From the NCBI RefSeq assembly GCF_006345805.1, contig NC_043010.1, positions 5,022,001 to 5,086,000 of the forward strand: a stretch of 64,000 bases of DNA, given 5' to 3'. Below the pieces are notes generated by a model. The model ran no database searches. It was not told the DNA's origin and saw only the letters and a list, made by a program, of their open reading frames with translations. Below, one piece after another: positions 24,023 through 37,774 of this stretch (its first letter is position 1; every line of letters begins with the position of its first letter). Position numbers and translations under genes: made by a program. Source of the stretch: Octopus sinensis. Its lineage: Eukaryota.

Positions 24023-25115
24023 CCAGTAAACTAGGAATCAAAGGGGCCCAGAGGGAAAAACTGGTTTAGAACCACTGTGGCAGACGGACATGGATATACC
24101 TATGACATTTTCTCAGATTAGGAAGGTGATACAAGCACACAGAACAGAAACACGGATACAGGGAGACATAGCGGCTATGCTGAATCTACACACACACGCA
24201 CACAGACATAGACGTAGACACAGACACACACACATTACACGCACAGACATACACATATACATAGGCATTGCAGACAGTACAATACATACACTGACAGAGG
24301 TAGATGCTATACCGATAATGAGAAGCCATTTACACACACACACACACAAGATAAACTAGGCACATAGACACACAGAGACACACATAGAATACACAGTACA
24401 AACACACGGACACACACACACACACAATGTAATCAGTAAAGACACACACTGTATACACAGAACAAACACACAGACATAGAGAGGGAGACACTATGTCGAT
24501 AGTACACATACACACACACACACACAAAGAGTATGGAGAGTACAGACATAGACACACACACACAGACACAGAAACAGAAAGGTAGATGCTATATTGATAT
24601 TACTGATGCACAGACATGTGCTTTGACATAAACAGCAGAGACACATGGCCACATCCACAACAGACGAGGTAAAGTAGAGGCTATTCTTTACACGAGCCCA
24701 GAAGTAGTATCAATAGATCGAACACACAGACAGAGCGCGGTTGATGCTATGTTGGCGGAACGAACACACAGACACATGGATGTCATCCTTTTATAGCATC
24801 GATACGCAGGCTTGATCATGTCAACGGTACGGACACACAGACACAGACGTGTAGTACAGATACATGGACAGACACACACACACGCATTCTTTCCTTCTCT
24901 AGGTACAAGGCCTGAGATTTTGGGGAAGGGGCCAGTCGATTAGATCGACCACAGTACGCAACTGGTACTTAATTTATCGACCCCGAAAGGATGAAAGACA
25001 AAGTCGACCTCGGTACTACTAGCGAACAGTGGTCCCGGTGCGCACACGCGCAGTCGCGCATCCGCGCTAGCTAGTCGTAAGTAGTCGATCCTACAACGAC
25101 TACCTAGCAAAGTAA
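24023..25115 (-). mobile_element. Composite about 1.1-kb repeat, copy 2
   Basis: Colinear with 15291-16400. Confidence 0.8.
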
Positions 25116-25141
25116 ATAAAACACAAAATAAATAATTTTTT

Positions 25142-25575
25142 GGATCTTTTCCTTTTGAACGGCAGATGTCAACACAATTTCTAGTTAACTAAACACTTTT
25201 AAAGTTCGTATACTGATAGAATGTGTTTATAATAAAACATCATTTTTTTCTTGGCTTTATTGAGAAAATTCTATGTCGTAACATATTTCCACTTTAATTT
25301 CGAGCATTTCGGCAATTTTAACCAATCAAATACGTCCATTGACGTAAACAACATTCCGTGCAGATTGGGTTTATTTACATTTGCGAAGAAAAAAAGATGC
25401 CCTTCCCCCATCCCTAACCCTAACCCTAACCTTAAACCTAACTCACCCTAACTCTAATCCTAAATCTAAAATAGATTGGGATGCAATAGATCGATACTAG
25501 GGTTATAATTATGCGTGACAATTTCATACGACACCGCTACGGAAAATGGGATTTTTTCTAGCGGTGTAATGAAAT
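25142..25575. mobile_element. Mutator-like MITE, inverted copy with one end replaced by a foldback
   Basis: GGATCTTTTCCTTTTGAACGGCAG terminus, (CCCTAA)n-like tract, similarity to 6657-7086. Confidence 0.7.
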
Positions 25576-26232
25576 AGGTATTTCGTCTGCCGCTACATTC
25601 TGAGTTCAAATTCCACCGAGGTCGACTTTGTCTGTCATCCTTTCGGGATCGATAAATTAAGTACCAGTTGCGTACTGTGGTCGATCTAATCGACTGGCCT
25701 CCTCCCCCAAAATCTCGGGCCTTGTGCCTAGAGTAGAAAAGAACGTGTGTGTGTGCACGCGTCTCTATATGTATCTGTACTCCACGCCTGTGTCTGTGTG
25801 TCCGTCCCGTTGACATGATCAAGCCTGCGTATCGATGCTATAAAAGGATGACCTCTATGTGTCTGTGTGTTCGTTCCGCCAACAAAGCATCAACCGTGCT
25901 CTGTCTGTGTCTGTGTGTTCGATCTATCGATACTACTTCTGGGCTCATGTAAAGAATAGCCTCTACTTTACCTTGTCTGCCTGGATGTGGCCATGTGTGT
26001 CTCTGCTGTTTATGTCAAAGCACATGTCTGTGCATCAGTAATATTAATATAGCATCTACCTTTCTGTTTCTGTGTGTGTGTGTCTATGTCTGTTTTCTCC
26101 ATACTCTTTGTGTGTGTGTGTATGCGTGTTTGTGTGTGTGAGTGTGTATGTGTACTATCAACATAGTGTCTCCCTCTCTATGTCTGTGTGTTTGTTCTGT
26201 CTATACAGCATGTGTCTTTACTGATTACATTC
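25575..26232 (+). mobile_element. Composite repeat, copy 3 (SINE B head retained, 3' truncated)
   Basis: Reverse complement of about 24430-25010; anchor at 25929-25946. Confidence 0.8.
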
Positions 26233-26445
26233 TCTTACACTCTGCGGAGTGGTTGGCGATAGGTAGGGCATCCAGCCATAGAAACCTTGCCAAATCAGGC
26301 TGGAGCCTGGTGCAGCTCTCCGGCTTACCAGTTTCAGTCAAACTGTCAAATGCATGCTTGCACGGAAAGTAGACACTAAAGGATAATGATGAGGATGATG
26401 ATGATTGCATCTTCACTTGTATTATTAGCATTTAGCATATAGGTG

Positions 26446-26840
26446 TAGGAGTGGCTGTGTGGTAAGTAGCTTGATAATGAACCACATGGTTCTGGGTTCA
26501 GTCCCACTGTGTGGCACATTAGGCAAGTGTCTTCTACTATAGCTTCGGGCCGACCAAATCCTTGTGAGTGGATTTGGTAGATGGAAACTGAAGGAAGCCC
26601 GTCGTATATATGTATGTGTATGTATATAAGTTGTGTATCTGTGTTTGTCACCCCACCCCCAACATCGCTTGACAACCGATGGTGGTGTGTTTACATCCTC
26701 GTAACTTAGCGATTTGGCAAAAGAGGCCGATAGAATAAGTACTAGGCTTATAAAGAATAAGTCCTGGGGTCGATTTGGTCGACTAAAGGCGGTGCTCCAG
26801 CATGGCCATAGTCAAATGACTGAAACAAGTAAAAAAGTAA
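26446..26840 (+). mobile_element. SINE family A
   Basis: Full head, core, microsatellite and tail. Confidence 0.85.
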
Positions 26841-26884
26841 GAAAGTATATCCACATGCACACACTCTTACATATACAAATAAAC

Positions 26885-27420
26885 TGAATGGTACAGACAC
26901 GCACACACACGCACTCACACATACATACACATATACACAGAATGGTACACACACACACACACGCACGCACGCACTCACACATACATACACATGCATACAC
27001 ATATACACAGAGTAGTACACATACACACACACGCACTCACACATACATACACATGCATACACATATACACAGAGTAGTACACATACACACACACGCACTC
27101 ACACATACATACACATGCATACACATATACACAGAGTAGTACACATACACACACACGCACTCACACATACATACACATGCATACACATATACACAGAGTA
27201 GTACACATACACACACACACACACACGCACTCACACATACATACACATGCATACACATATACACAGAATAGTACACATACACACACACGCACGCACGCAC
27301 TCACACATACATACACATGCATACACATATACACAGAATAGTACACATACACACACACACACACACGCACTCACACATACATACACATGCATACACATAT
27401 ACACAGAATAGTACACACAC
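26885..27420. repeat. 54/62/70-bp minisatellite built from CA/TA repeats
   Basis: Anchors at 26887, 26941, 27011, 27073, 27135, 27197, 27267, 27337, 27407. Confidence 0.92.
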
Positions 27421-28110
27421 ACACACACATGCACACACACACACATGCACGTGCGCGCACACACACACACAATCGCGGATACTGATGAAATGGTTCGGAC
27501 ACACAGACACACAGCAGGTGCTAAGGCATAGTCACCGGTACAGACACACAGACACAGCTTCACACACACACATACAGTGAATTGTCCAGATACACATCCA
27601 CAATTATAAACACACTCTCATATGCAAGTGCACATAAAGTGGAGGTACATACGCACCAGACACAGTTCCACACACACACACACACACAGATACACACACA
27701 TTCTCTCTCATATGCACTCGCAGACGCATCCTTCCACATACACACAGACACAAACAGCCAAATGAGACAATTGGGCTCGTCTGTTCGGATGCTGACAATT
27801 TAGCATGGCTGACTGGACATTCGACCTATTTTGGTGACAGTATATTCAGGCATGAGAGGCAAACACACATACACACATGCAGAATTATATTCATATACAA
27901 TGTGTGAGTGAGAGAGAGAGAGAGATTGCATATGTATACAAACATATCTAGATGCTCTCATACAGAGAAGGTGAGAGATAGAGAGAAATATATATATATA
28001 GAAAGAGAGAGAAGTAGAGAGATAGATAGAGATAGATTGCATATGTATACAAATATAACTAGATGCTTTCATACAGAGAGGCTGAGAGAAATATATATAT
28101 ATATATATAT

Positions 28111-28516
28111 GAGTGGCTGTGTGGTAATTAGCTTCTTACAAACCACATGGTTCCGGGTTCAGTCCCACTGCGTGGCACCTTGGACAAGTGTCTTCTACTA
28201 TAGCCTCGGCCAACCAAAGCCTTGTGAGTGGATTTGGTAGACAGAAACTGAAAGAAGCCTGTCATATATATGTATATATATATATATATATGTGTGTGTG
28301 TATATGTTTGTGTGTCTGTGTTTGTCCCCCCAACATCGCTTGACAACCGATGCTGGTGTGTTTACGTCTCCGTAACGTAGCGGTTCGGCAAAAGTGACCG
28401 ATATAATAAGTACTAGGCTTACAAAGAATAAGTCCTGGGGGTCGATTTGCTCGACTAAAGGCAGTGCTGCAGCATGACCACAGTCAAATGACTGAAACAA
28501 GAAAAAGAGTAAAAGA
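28111..28516 (+). mobile_element. SINE family A
   Basis: Full length. Confidence 0.88.
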
Positions 28517-29531
28517 ATATATATAGGGAGAGAGAGAGAGAGAGAAAGGAAAAGGAGAGATTGCATATATATAAGCATAACAAGATGTTCTCATACAGAG
28601 AGGTTGAGAGATAGAGATAGAGAGAAATAGAGAGAAAATTGGGGAGAGAAGGAGAAAATCATTAAAACAAGAGAAGTATCGAAATGTCCAATAAGTCAGC
28701 ATTGAATCAGTGATGTCAAGTAGGCAGGGCCAAAGTGGCTGTGCTAACTCGCCCAGTCCAGGAATTGAAACCACAGTCTTACAATCATGAGTGCAACACC
28801 CTAACCACTAAGCCACTTACCACTACCCTCTCAGTGTATGCAAACATATACAGGGGAACCTCAATTAACAAATGGCTCTCATCAGGAACAAATCAGTTCT
28901 TGAGCAATGTTTTGAACAAGGAAAATCTCAGGTGGTGAATGGCATCTCAAGTAATAAACATGCAAGCTAGCAAATTCATGCCATAACCAAAGCAAAAGAA
29001 CAAAAGAAACCCTGACTTATACCTTAAAGAGAAACTCTTATGTTAAGGGTGACAACAAAAACACAAATATAAATATACCTATTTCTTTATTACCCACAAG
29101 GGGCTAAACACAGAGGGGACAAACAAATTAAGTCGATTATATCGACCCAAGTGCGTAACTGGTACTTAATTTATCAACCCCGAAAGGATGAAAGGCAAAG
29201 TCGACCTCGGCGGAATTTGAACTCAAAACGTAGCGGCAGACGAAATACCACTAAACATTTCGCCCGATGTGCTAACGTTTCTGCCAGCTCATTACCCATA
29301 ATCCTCGGAACCACAACATCTAACATCCTGCCAAACAATACCTCCCAAGTGTACATCAGTCATAAAATTTCTGACAATTAATTTTAAAAAGTCACAAATC
29401 ATCAACAGCCGAAGACAATACCAAATCACCTGTGAAGTAAACCCCCATACTTTGTATATATATATTACTGGATATAACTAGCTCCCACAGTTATATATAA
29501 ACAAAAATTTTATATACCATCTTATGGTATA

Positions 29532-29931
29532 CTAGCAGTATCGCCCGGCGTTGCTCGGGTTTGTAAGGGAAATAACTATATAAGCATTTTTAGAGATGTA
29601 AAGTATAATAGCCATCTCAATATGGCTAACCACAAAGGGGGGGGGGGTTACTGTAGCTTTTTTATGTTCTGAGATTTAATAATAAATTTTTAGAGAGTTA
29701 CTTCCCTTATATATGCCAAAAATGCATTAAAAATGGGAAAAATTGATGGTAAATTTTTTTTTAAATCGTAGACTCATCATAGACACGCGCTAATACCCTG
29801 AAGGGCTCGATATGAATCACAACTATAAGATACCCGGTTTTGGTTCAACTGCACCGCAAAATGTGGGAGTAGTTAGGAATCTAAATCATAGGAGACAGAC
29901 AGACACACAACCTCACTTTTATATATAAAGA
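29532..29931 (-). mobile_element. Non-autonomous Helitron, longer variant
   Basis: Same TC and CTAG termini; extra about 100-bp internal segment. Confidence 0.85.
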
Positions 29932-30099
29932 TATCAATAAGATGACAACATAGAGGAAGGGAGTAAAAGAATAAGGAGATGGAAAGAAATAAGAAAAAAG
30001 AAGGTTTCTATAACTTCGGAAAGTTGAACTACGAACTTTTATGCTTCTTTTTTCTTCTCTCTTTTCACCTCAACAAAGGTGAGATTCCCATCTGAGAAA

Positions 30100-30935
30100 G
30101 AAATAATACAGGTAACAAACTGTTGAGATCTTTGTCGTGGGACAGGTGAAATAATTGAACAAGGAACAACCAAAGGATTCAAGAACAGGAAGGAAGCGAG
30201 AATGAACACAAACACCAATTGCAAAACGAAAAAATCTCATCAACTGCATCACATACCCACAATGTAATGGGGATTACATTGGAGAAAAAGGGACAAAACT
30301 AACCAGTCTGGTAAACATGGATAAACGGAAAATTAAAGATTCATCTCTTAGAAACGTTCCACGTAATAAGCATTTAGATATTTTTAGCAAATGGAAAATT
30401 TAAGATATTCTTTTTGACAAAATATAAGAAAAAAACTAATCAACAATGAAAAACAGAAGGACGAAATTCATCGATTTAAGAGATATAGCTGTTATTTCTA
30501 GCACATGTAGAAGACAGAAGACAGAAGAGAGAGAAAGGATGAATAAGACGTGTGTGTGTGAGTTTTTAGACGCAGCAAATAATTTTAGCTTGACTGCTGC
30601 GATTTCATTGGTTAAAATTCGTAGAATTAAATTACGTTAAAGTTACGAATTACAATTTTATTTTCAATTTTGTTTACAATAATGTTTTCTTTTGACACAT
30701 TCTACAAGTACACGAAGTTTCAAATTGTTTAGTTAACTAGAAAATTCCGTCCATCAAACAGAAAAGATCCGAAAATTTCATAAAAATTCTAAATTTGAAA
30801 CTAAGCTGGAAATAGTCAAAAATTTAAAATATACTCCTTTTGCAAAATATAAGATGAAGATGATCAACAACAAAAGACAAAAGAAGAGTTCTTTATAAAA
30901 ATTCTAAATCTAAAAAACTAAATTGGAAATAGCTA
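30100..30935 (+). pseudogene. Penelope-like GIY-YIG endonuclease remnants
   Basis: NCKTK.NLINCITYPQCNGDYIGEKG (about 30220-30300); second C-terminal piece KTKEEFFIK..KLN at about 30810-30935. Confidence 0.7.
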
Positions 30936-31209
30936 ACACCTTTACAAAAAAATAAGCAATTTCCTCTTTATGCATTAGCCTGGAACACAATAGTTTGCAA
31001 AGTTAAAAAGTGAAAGCGCTTACACACAAAAACACACAAGACATAAAATACACATTAAATACATATTGTATAAAAACATCTCCCACAAAAGTCAGTGACA
31101 TTCTGTTAAATAAGGAAACTTTTTTTAAATAGTTGACAACTTTATAAAAGTCTTTTCTAATTATTGTAACTTTATGATGATGAAAAGCTTTTACACACAC
31201 ACATACATG

Positions 31210-31256
<47 letters not shown>

Positions 31257-31652
31257 CGTTACCAACGTCGCTTCACTGGCACCTGTGCTGGTGGCACGTG
31301 TAAAAAGATTCGAGCGAGGTCATTGCCAGTACCACCTGACTGGCCCCCATGCTGGTGGCACATAAAAAGCACCCACTACACTCTCAGAGTGGTTGGCGTT
31401 AGGAAGGGCATCCAGCTGTAGAAACTCTGCCAGATCAAGATTCAAGCCTGGTGCAGCCATCTGGTTCGCCAGCCCTCAGTCAAAATCGTCCAACCCATGC
31501 TAGCATGAAAAGCGGACGTTAAACAATGATGATCATCATCATCATGATCATGATATATATATATATATATAATTGTTAAACAGGACATCAAACATTAAGG
31601 CAAGGCAAACATCTCAAGTCATATACAATATTATTATTGAAAAAAATTCAAA

Positions 31653-31708
31653 GTCTTACAGCTGTTTCTGGGATATCCCTGAGTATGGGATATTCCATCA
31701 TCAGAGAC
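31653..31708 (-). ncRNA. Type I hammerhead ribozyme, canonical core
   Basis: GTCT-CTGATGA-11-bp stem II-GAAA-C-AGCT-G-TA^AGAC; cleavage predicted between 31657 and 31656. Confidence 0.8.
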
Positions 31709-32135
31709 AAATTGGGGGAAAAATATGGAAAATGAGAATGGTATATATCAATAAGATGACATCATAAAGGAAGTGAGTAAAAGAATAAGGAGATAGAAAG
31801 AAATAACATACATGAATATATTTGTGTGTGTATGTGTGAATGAAGATATGTGCTTGAGTGCTGTTCTCACACTGCTCGACAACCAGTTTTGTTTTGTTTA
31901 CATCCCCACAACTTAGCAGTTCAGCCAAAGAGACCAACTGAATGAGAATCGGACATAAATCATTAGTGTCAAGGTCAACGTGTAAAACTAAAACCCACCA
32001 AGCCGGTACTCCAGCATGGCCATAGTCCAATGACAAAACAAAGTTTAAGAAGATAGCCATAGACACACACATAGACAAGGAGTTGGGACATTCGTGTCTG
32101 TGTGTCTGTGTGTCTGCCTCAGTGATTTCTTGTCT

Positions 32136-32169
<34 letters not shown>

Positions 32170-32383
32170 TTCTAAGTGTGTCTGTGTGTTTGTTCTATTG
32201 TGAATGAATTTGTGGTGCACGTATGTTGTGCTTGCATGTGCATGGGAGAGTATACATGCACATGTGCAGAATTTGTTGTGTCTGTGTGTTGGTTCTATTC
32301 AGTGTGTACTTGTGTGTGTGTGTGTGTGTGTGTTGGAGAGAGAGAGAGACAGAGAGAAAGAGAGAGACAGAGAATGCATGAGT

Positions 32384-32431
<48 letters not shown>

Positions 32432-32476
32432 CGTGTGTGTAAGTGTGTTGGAGAGAGAGAGAGAGGAAGAGAAAGT

Positions 32477-32512
<36 letters not shown>

Positions 32513-32603
32513 AAGATAGAGAAAGAGAAATGGAGTGAAAGAGAAAGAGAGAGAATGTATGAGTTGTATATGTGTGTGTGCAAGCATGTGTGTAAGTGTG
32601 TTG

Positions 32604-32635
<32 letters not shown>

Positions 32636-33439
32636 AAGAGAAAGTGAGAGAAAGAGAGAAAGTGAAAGATAGAGAAAGAGAAAAAGAGAGACATAGAAAG
32701 AGAGAGAGAGAGAGAATGCATGAGTTGTATATGTGTGTGTGTGTGCGAGTGTGTGTGTGAGTGTGTAAGTGTGGTGTATGTGTGCATGTTGGTTTTTGTA
32801 AGAGCATATGCTTATGTGCGTGTGAGTGTGTGCGTGTGTGCGTGTGTGCGTGTGCATGTGAGAGAGATCAAAAGAAAGTAAGAAAGAAAGAGAGAAAGAA
32901 TGAGAGACAGAAAGAAAGAGAGAGAGAGAGAGAGAGTGCTTGTGTTTATATGTGAGATAGGGCATGTGTGAGTATGTGTGTGAGTAGATGTGTGTATATG
33001 TACGCTTTCGTATTTGTATGTGTGTATGCATGTGTAAGTGTGTATGTGTGAGTGTGTGTGTATGTGTACATCATGTAAGTGTATATGAATATCTGCACGA
33101 ATAAATATGTCCACATGTGTTTGCATGAATGCACATGGCCTAGTGGTCTGGGTGATGCACTTATGATCATAAAATCGTGGTTTCAGTCCCCAGACTGGGC
33201 AGTTCGTTGTGTGCTTAAGCAAAACATTTCATTTCATAGTGAATCGTTCCACTCAACTATAATGAGTTTCAGCAAAAGATTGGAAGTTAAGGGTGAATGT
33301 TGTAATCTTAGCCCCTTATATGCTGCAGAAACTGAGTTAAGCTCCAGCCCCGAGGGTCTTAGGACTCATGAGGGACCTAAGTTTAAAACGTGCCTCTATT
33401 ATGTACATGTCTAAGCATGCATGTATGCATACATTTGTC

Positions 33440-34310
33440 CTTAGCCATCTGGTCTACTGTTCTCAGTAGGATCATTCCACAGTGTCAAATTAATTGCTGA
33501 ACTTGTAGTAGTTTAGTGTCCCCAAAGTCCATCCCCTCCTCACTATGGTGGGGACACTGGCAACGGGTAGTGTCAGAGCTATGCCATCGGGAACTTCGGT
33601 TCCTGGTAGGGCCACCCAAGGCGGATTGGTCTGACACTGAGTGGTATTAGGGCCACAACCCGGCAAACGGGGCTCTGGTGAAAATCCTAGGAGTGTCTGA
33701 TTTGGCAACCGGCGGCTCCTCAGACGTTCTGTCCCTGCGTCTGTGGACAATCTGTGGCAAACAGGATGTCTCTACAGGCAGGATTATTGGGGACCGCTTG
33801 TGAAATCCACATATTCCCACGAAACTTCTTCCAAGGAAGAAGCCGACTCAACCCGCCCAGGGTGAATGTCACCACAAGTACAAGTACAAGTTTAGCAGTG
33901 CTACACCAGGAAAATTGTATCAATGGAACAGCTGAGCTGTGACTCTACTCCCTAGAGTGAAGACATAGGAGATATGCAGTGATATATGTATGGAAGATCC
34001 TTGAGGGGTTGGCAGCAAAATTTGGCATTAAGAGCTATACCAGCCCTCAAACTGGAGGTCACTGCACTCTTCCAAAGGTTCCAGTTATACCATCTAGAAT
34101 GAGGACCATGTACTGACTTGAGATTCAAGGGCCCACAGAGATTTGCATGGAATAGGGGGAGAGGTTTTCAAGAGACATCTTGACTTCCTGCTGTACAAGG
34201 TTCCAAATCAACCTACATCATGGCAAGAGATGCAAAAGAGAGCAGCAATATCAAACTCCCTCCTTCACAAAAAGTTAATCACAAAAGAATGGCCATTGCA
34301 AAGGTGATGA
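33440..34310 (+). mobile_element. CR1-like LINE remnant interrupted by an about 390-bp insertion
   Basis: HLVYCSQ..KLIAEL / LYSLE.R.RYAVIYVWKILEG / FKRHLDFLLYKVPNQP..RAAISNSLLH. Confidence 0.7.
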
Positions 34311-34951
34311 CATTGGTGGTGTTCCAGCATTCTTTTCTGCTCTAGGCACAAGGCCCAAAATTTTAGGGACAGGGGCCAGTTGATTAGATCGACCCCAGTA
34401 CGTGACTGGTACATAATTTATTGACCCCACAAGGATAAAAGCAAAGCTGACCTCAGCGGAATTTGAACTCAGAACATAATGAAAGACGAAATACTGTAAA
34501 GCATTTCACCAGACGTGCTTGAGTGAATAAAGTACTGCACAGCACTGAATTCACTTTTGAGCACAAACCAGGGGGCATAGAGATGGGGACAACCAGAAAC
34601 CAACAGCACTTCAGGTTTTATATATGAGTTTACCTTCTCCTTGAAAGAAGCTCTAATGGGGACTAAGAATCTTTCACTCCCAGTGGTTCATGTAGTAGGT
34701 AACCCATAAATGGGACCCAAACAGTTGCTTCTGCTTTGAGTTAGAGTAGATCTGGGAATAATAATGGCTAAAGGTGGCTCCACACTCCACAAAACCCTGG
34801 AACTCTTATATCAGAGCTCCTATATCACTACAAGATGCAGTTTAAAGTTATACCCAGGATATAGATATAAACACATACATACATACGTACATACATACAA
34901 ATATACATACATACATATACACACACATACATATGTATGTACGTACGTACA

Positions 34952-34982
<31 letters not shown>

Positions 34983-35041
34983 GTACATACATATATATAA
35001 GCAGTAAAAGGCTGAAGTGTGTCTAGGTTACCAAGAATCTT

Positions 35042-35270
35042 TTAACCCTTTCGTTACTGTATTTCTGTTGAGATGCTCTGTGTTTCTTTCAGTTACTTTA
35101 AATATAACAAAGAATTTAGTAGAAATAACTTCATTATCATTCGGCTGGTGTTAGGAACATTAATTGTGACTAAGATTTGATGGAAGATTATAATTCAAAG
35201 CTTATGAAAACAAAACATTTGTACTCAGAGCCAGAGCTGGTTTCAGCTGTGTTGGTAATGAAAGGGTTAA
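35042..35270. mobile_element. piggyBac-like MITE
   Basis: TTAA-CCCTTTCGTTAC...GTAATGAAAGGG-TTAA. Confidence 0.85.
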
Positions 35271-35809
35271 TAGTATTACCATACTATGTGGATTATCAAA
35301 CCATTACACTTAACCAAAGTTTAACAACTACTGGTTGCTGCAATTCAGTACCAAACCAGGCAAAAAAAAAAGAAGAAAAAAAAAGGTAAAAGATATAACT
35401 ATGGTACAGCACTTTGCTTCTCAAAAAGGATAACATGTCAACTCCGATACCATACAGAATCAAAAGAGGTGTCCTGCAGGTGACAGCTTATCTGCACCAT
35501 CCTCTCATTAAACCCCTTTATCTCATCTGTTCACTACATAGAAAGAAGACTTAGAATCCAAAAGCATAATTTTTTAACTTTCCTTTTGCTGGTTTCAGTC
35601 ATAGGATTACAGCCATGGGTGCACTGCTTTGAAAAATTTTAGTGAAACAAATTAGCTTAAAATTTTTTTTTTTTTAATGTTTGGTGCTAATTCTATTTGT
35701 TACTTTTGCTGAACTGCTAAGTTATGTGGATGTAAACCAACTAACACTAGTTTTTGAAGCAGTGAGAGATACAAAGACACATGCATCTATCTACCTGTCT
35801 GTCTCTCTG

Positions 35810-35864
<55 letters not shown>

Positions 35865-35870
35865 CTATCT

Positions 35871-35945
<75 letters not shown>

Positions 35946-36191
35946 AGTGTATATACATATATAAATACATATATATATATATATATATATATACCATCAT
36001 CATCACCATTTAATGTCCATTTTCCATGCTGACATGGGTTTGACAAGTTGAGCAGGTCTGAGAGCTCCAAGGACTGCATCATACTGCAATGTCTACATTG
36101 GCATGGTTTCTATAGCTGGATGCCCTTCCTAATGTCAACAACTTTACACCATGTATTTGGGAATTTTTATGTCACCAGCTCTATTGACATC

Positions 36192-36222
<31 letters not shown>

Positions 36223-37774
36223 TGAATTTTTGTTTGTACCCTTCACCACTTAACATCGGTGTTTGTATTTTTGTGCTACATAACTTAACAGTTCAGCAAA
36301 AGAGACCAATAGTATAAGTACCAGACTTATAAATAGATACTAAGGTTATTTTGTTTGACTAAATCCTTCAAGTTAGTGCCCCAGCATGGTTGCAGTCTAG
36401 TGACTGGAACAAGGAAGCATAAAAAACAAAGTTAGCAACCAGATTGAAATGCTGTCTGTGACCATAAAAGCATGCTCTGTTGTCACTTGCCTACTTGGCA
36501 TAAGTGCAGCAAGAAAAGTTTAAGAAAATCAAACCATCTACGAAACATTGATGAGGATGAGGGCAGTAAATCTAGTACTCACGTTTTGCTTTCAGTTGTA
36601 TTGTTATTGGAACCACAGGTTAATACAAAACCACTGCTGGTTACTGGAGCAATGGGAAACGTATCTAGAGCAAAATACATGTGAACTAGGCTCCTTAGAT
36701 AAAAGACAGAGATAGGCATCCATCAGTCTTGGAAAACCATGGTTCTGCACCTGGGGAATTTTGTGTCTGCTGCTGATGGGGTGCAGTGTCTGCTGTGGCT
36801 GTACAGACCCACATTAGAGTGGCTGTCTTACATACAGTGAATGCATTTGAAGAAGCTTTCACCCTACGCTACTGACTTTGAGCATACTTTTCTTCGGTGG
36901 TATGTTCTGGTTTAAAGGGCAGAGAGTTTCCCAAAGAATGACAGAAAGAACAAGAAAACACTTTTAAAAAGCAACTTTCTTTTAATAAATTCTAAAGATC
37001 TAATTAGGAATAGAAAACACATATATACACACATACACATATATGTATATAATACAAGGACATTAAATGATGATTATAATGGGTGTGTGTGGCTGTGTGT
37101 GTATATATGTATAAGTGCTAATATGATGGATTGTTTGTGTTGTACATTAGTTCACTCCCTCCATCACATCATCATTGCCTGTGCAAGTGTGCAGTGTACC
37201 GCATATGGATGTCAAAGTTAGTGACCAGGAATGTGAAATGAAATGGGTTTTTTTCAAGAACACAGTACACCTGCCTAGTACTGGAATCAAAATCATGATC
37301 TTGCCACTGCTAGGCCATGCATATTTATATACACATGTGCCAATATGTTGGTGGCACGTGAAAAACAACGTTCGAGCATGGTCATTGCCGGTGCCGCTGG
37401 ATTGGCTCCTGTGCAGGTAGCACGTAAAAACACCTTTTGAGCATGGTCGTTGCCAGAACCGCCTGACTGGCCCTCGTGCCGGTGGCACATAAAAAGCACC
37501 TACTACACTCTTGGAGTGGTTGGCATTAGGAAGGGCATCCAGCTGTAGAAACTTTGCCAGATTAGATTAAGCCTGGTGCAGCCTCTGGCTCACCAGTCCT
37601 CAGTCAAACCATCCAACCCATGCCAGCATGGAAAGCGGATGTTAAACGATGATGATGATGATGATGATGATATTGGCGCATATATACATACAGACATACA
37701 CACACACACACACACATATTGAGCATGTATGCATACATACATACATATATACATACAATAATTAACACCTTATA

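Noticed and set aside
25408-25465. True telomere or chromosome fusion scar
   Set aside because: The tract is short, degenerate and internal to a TIR element that has a second copy in the window.
35400-36780. Additional R4/Dong-like traces (IKRGVLQ.DSLS at about 35460; VTGAMGNV at about 36640)
   Set aside because: Plausible but too short and degraded to call as features.
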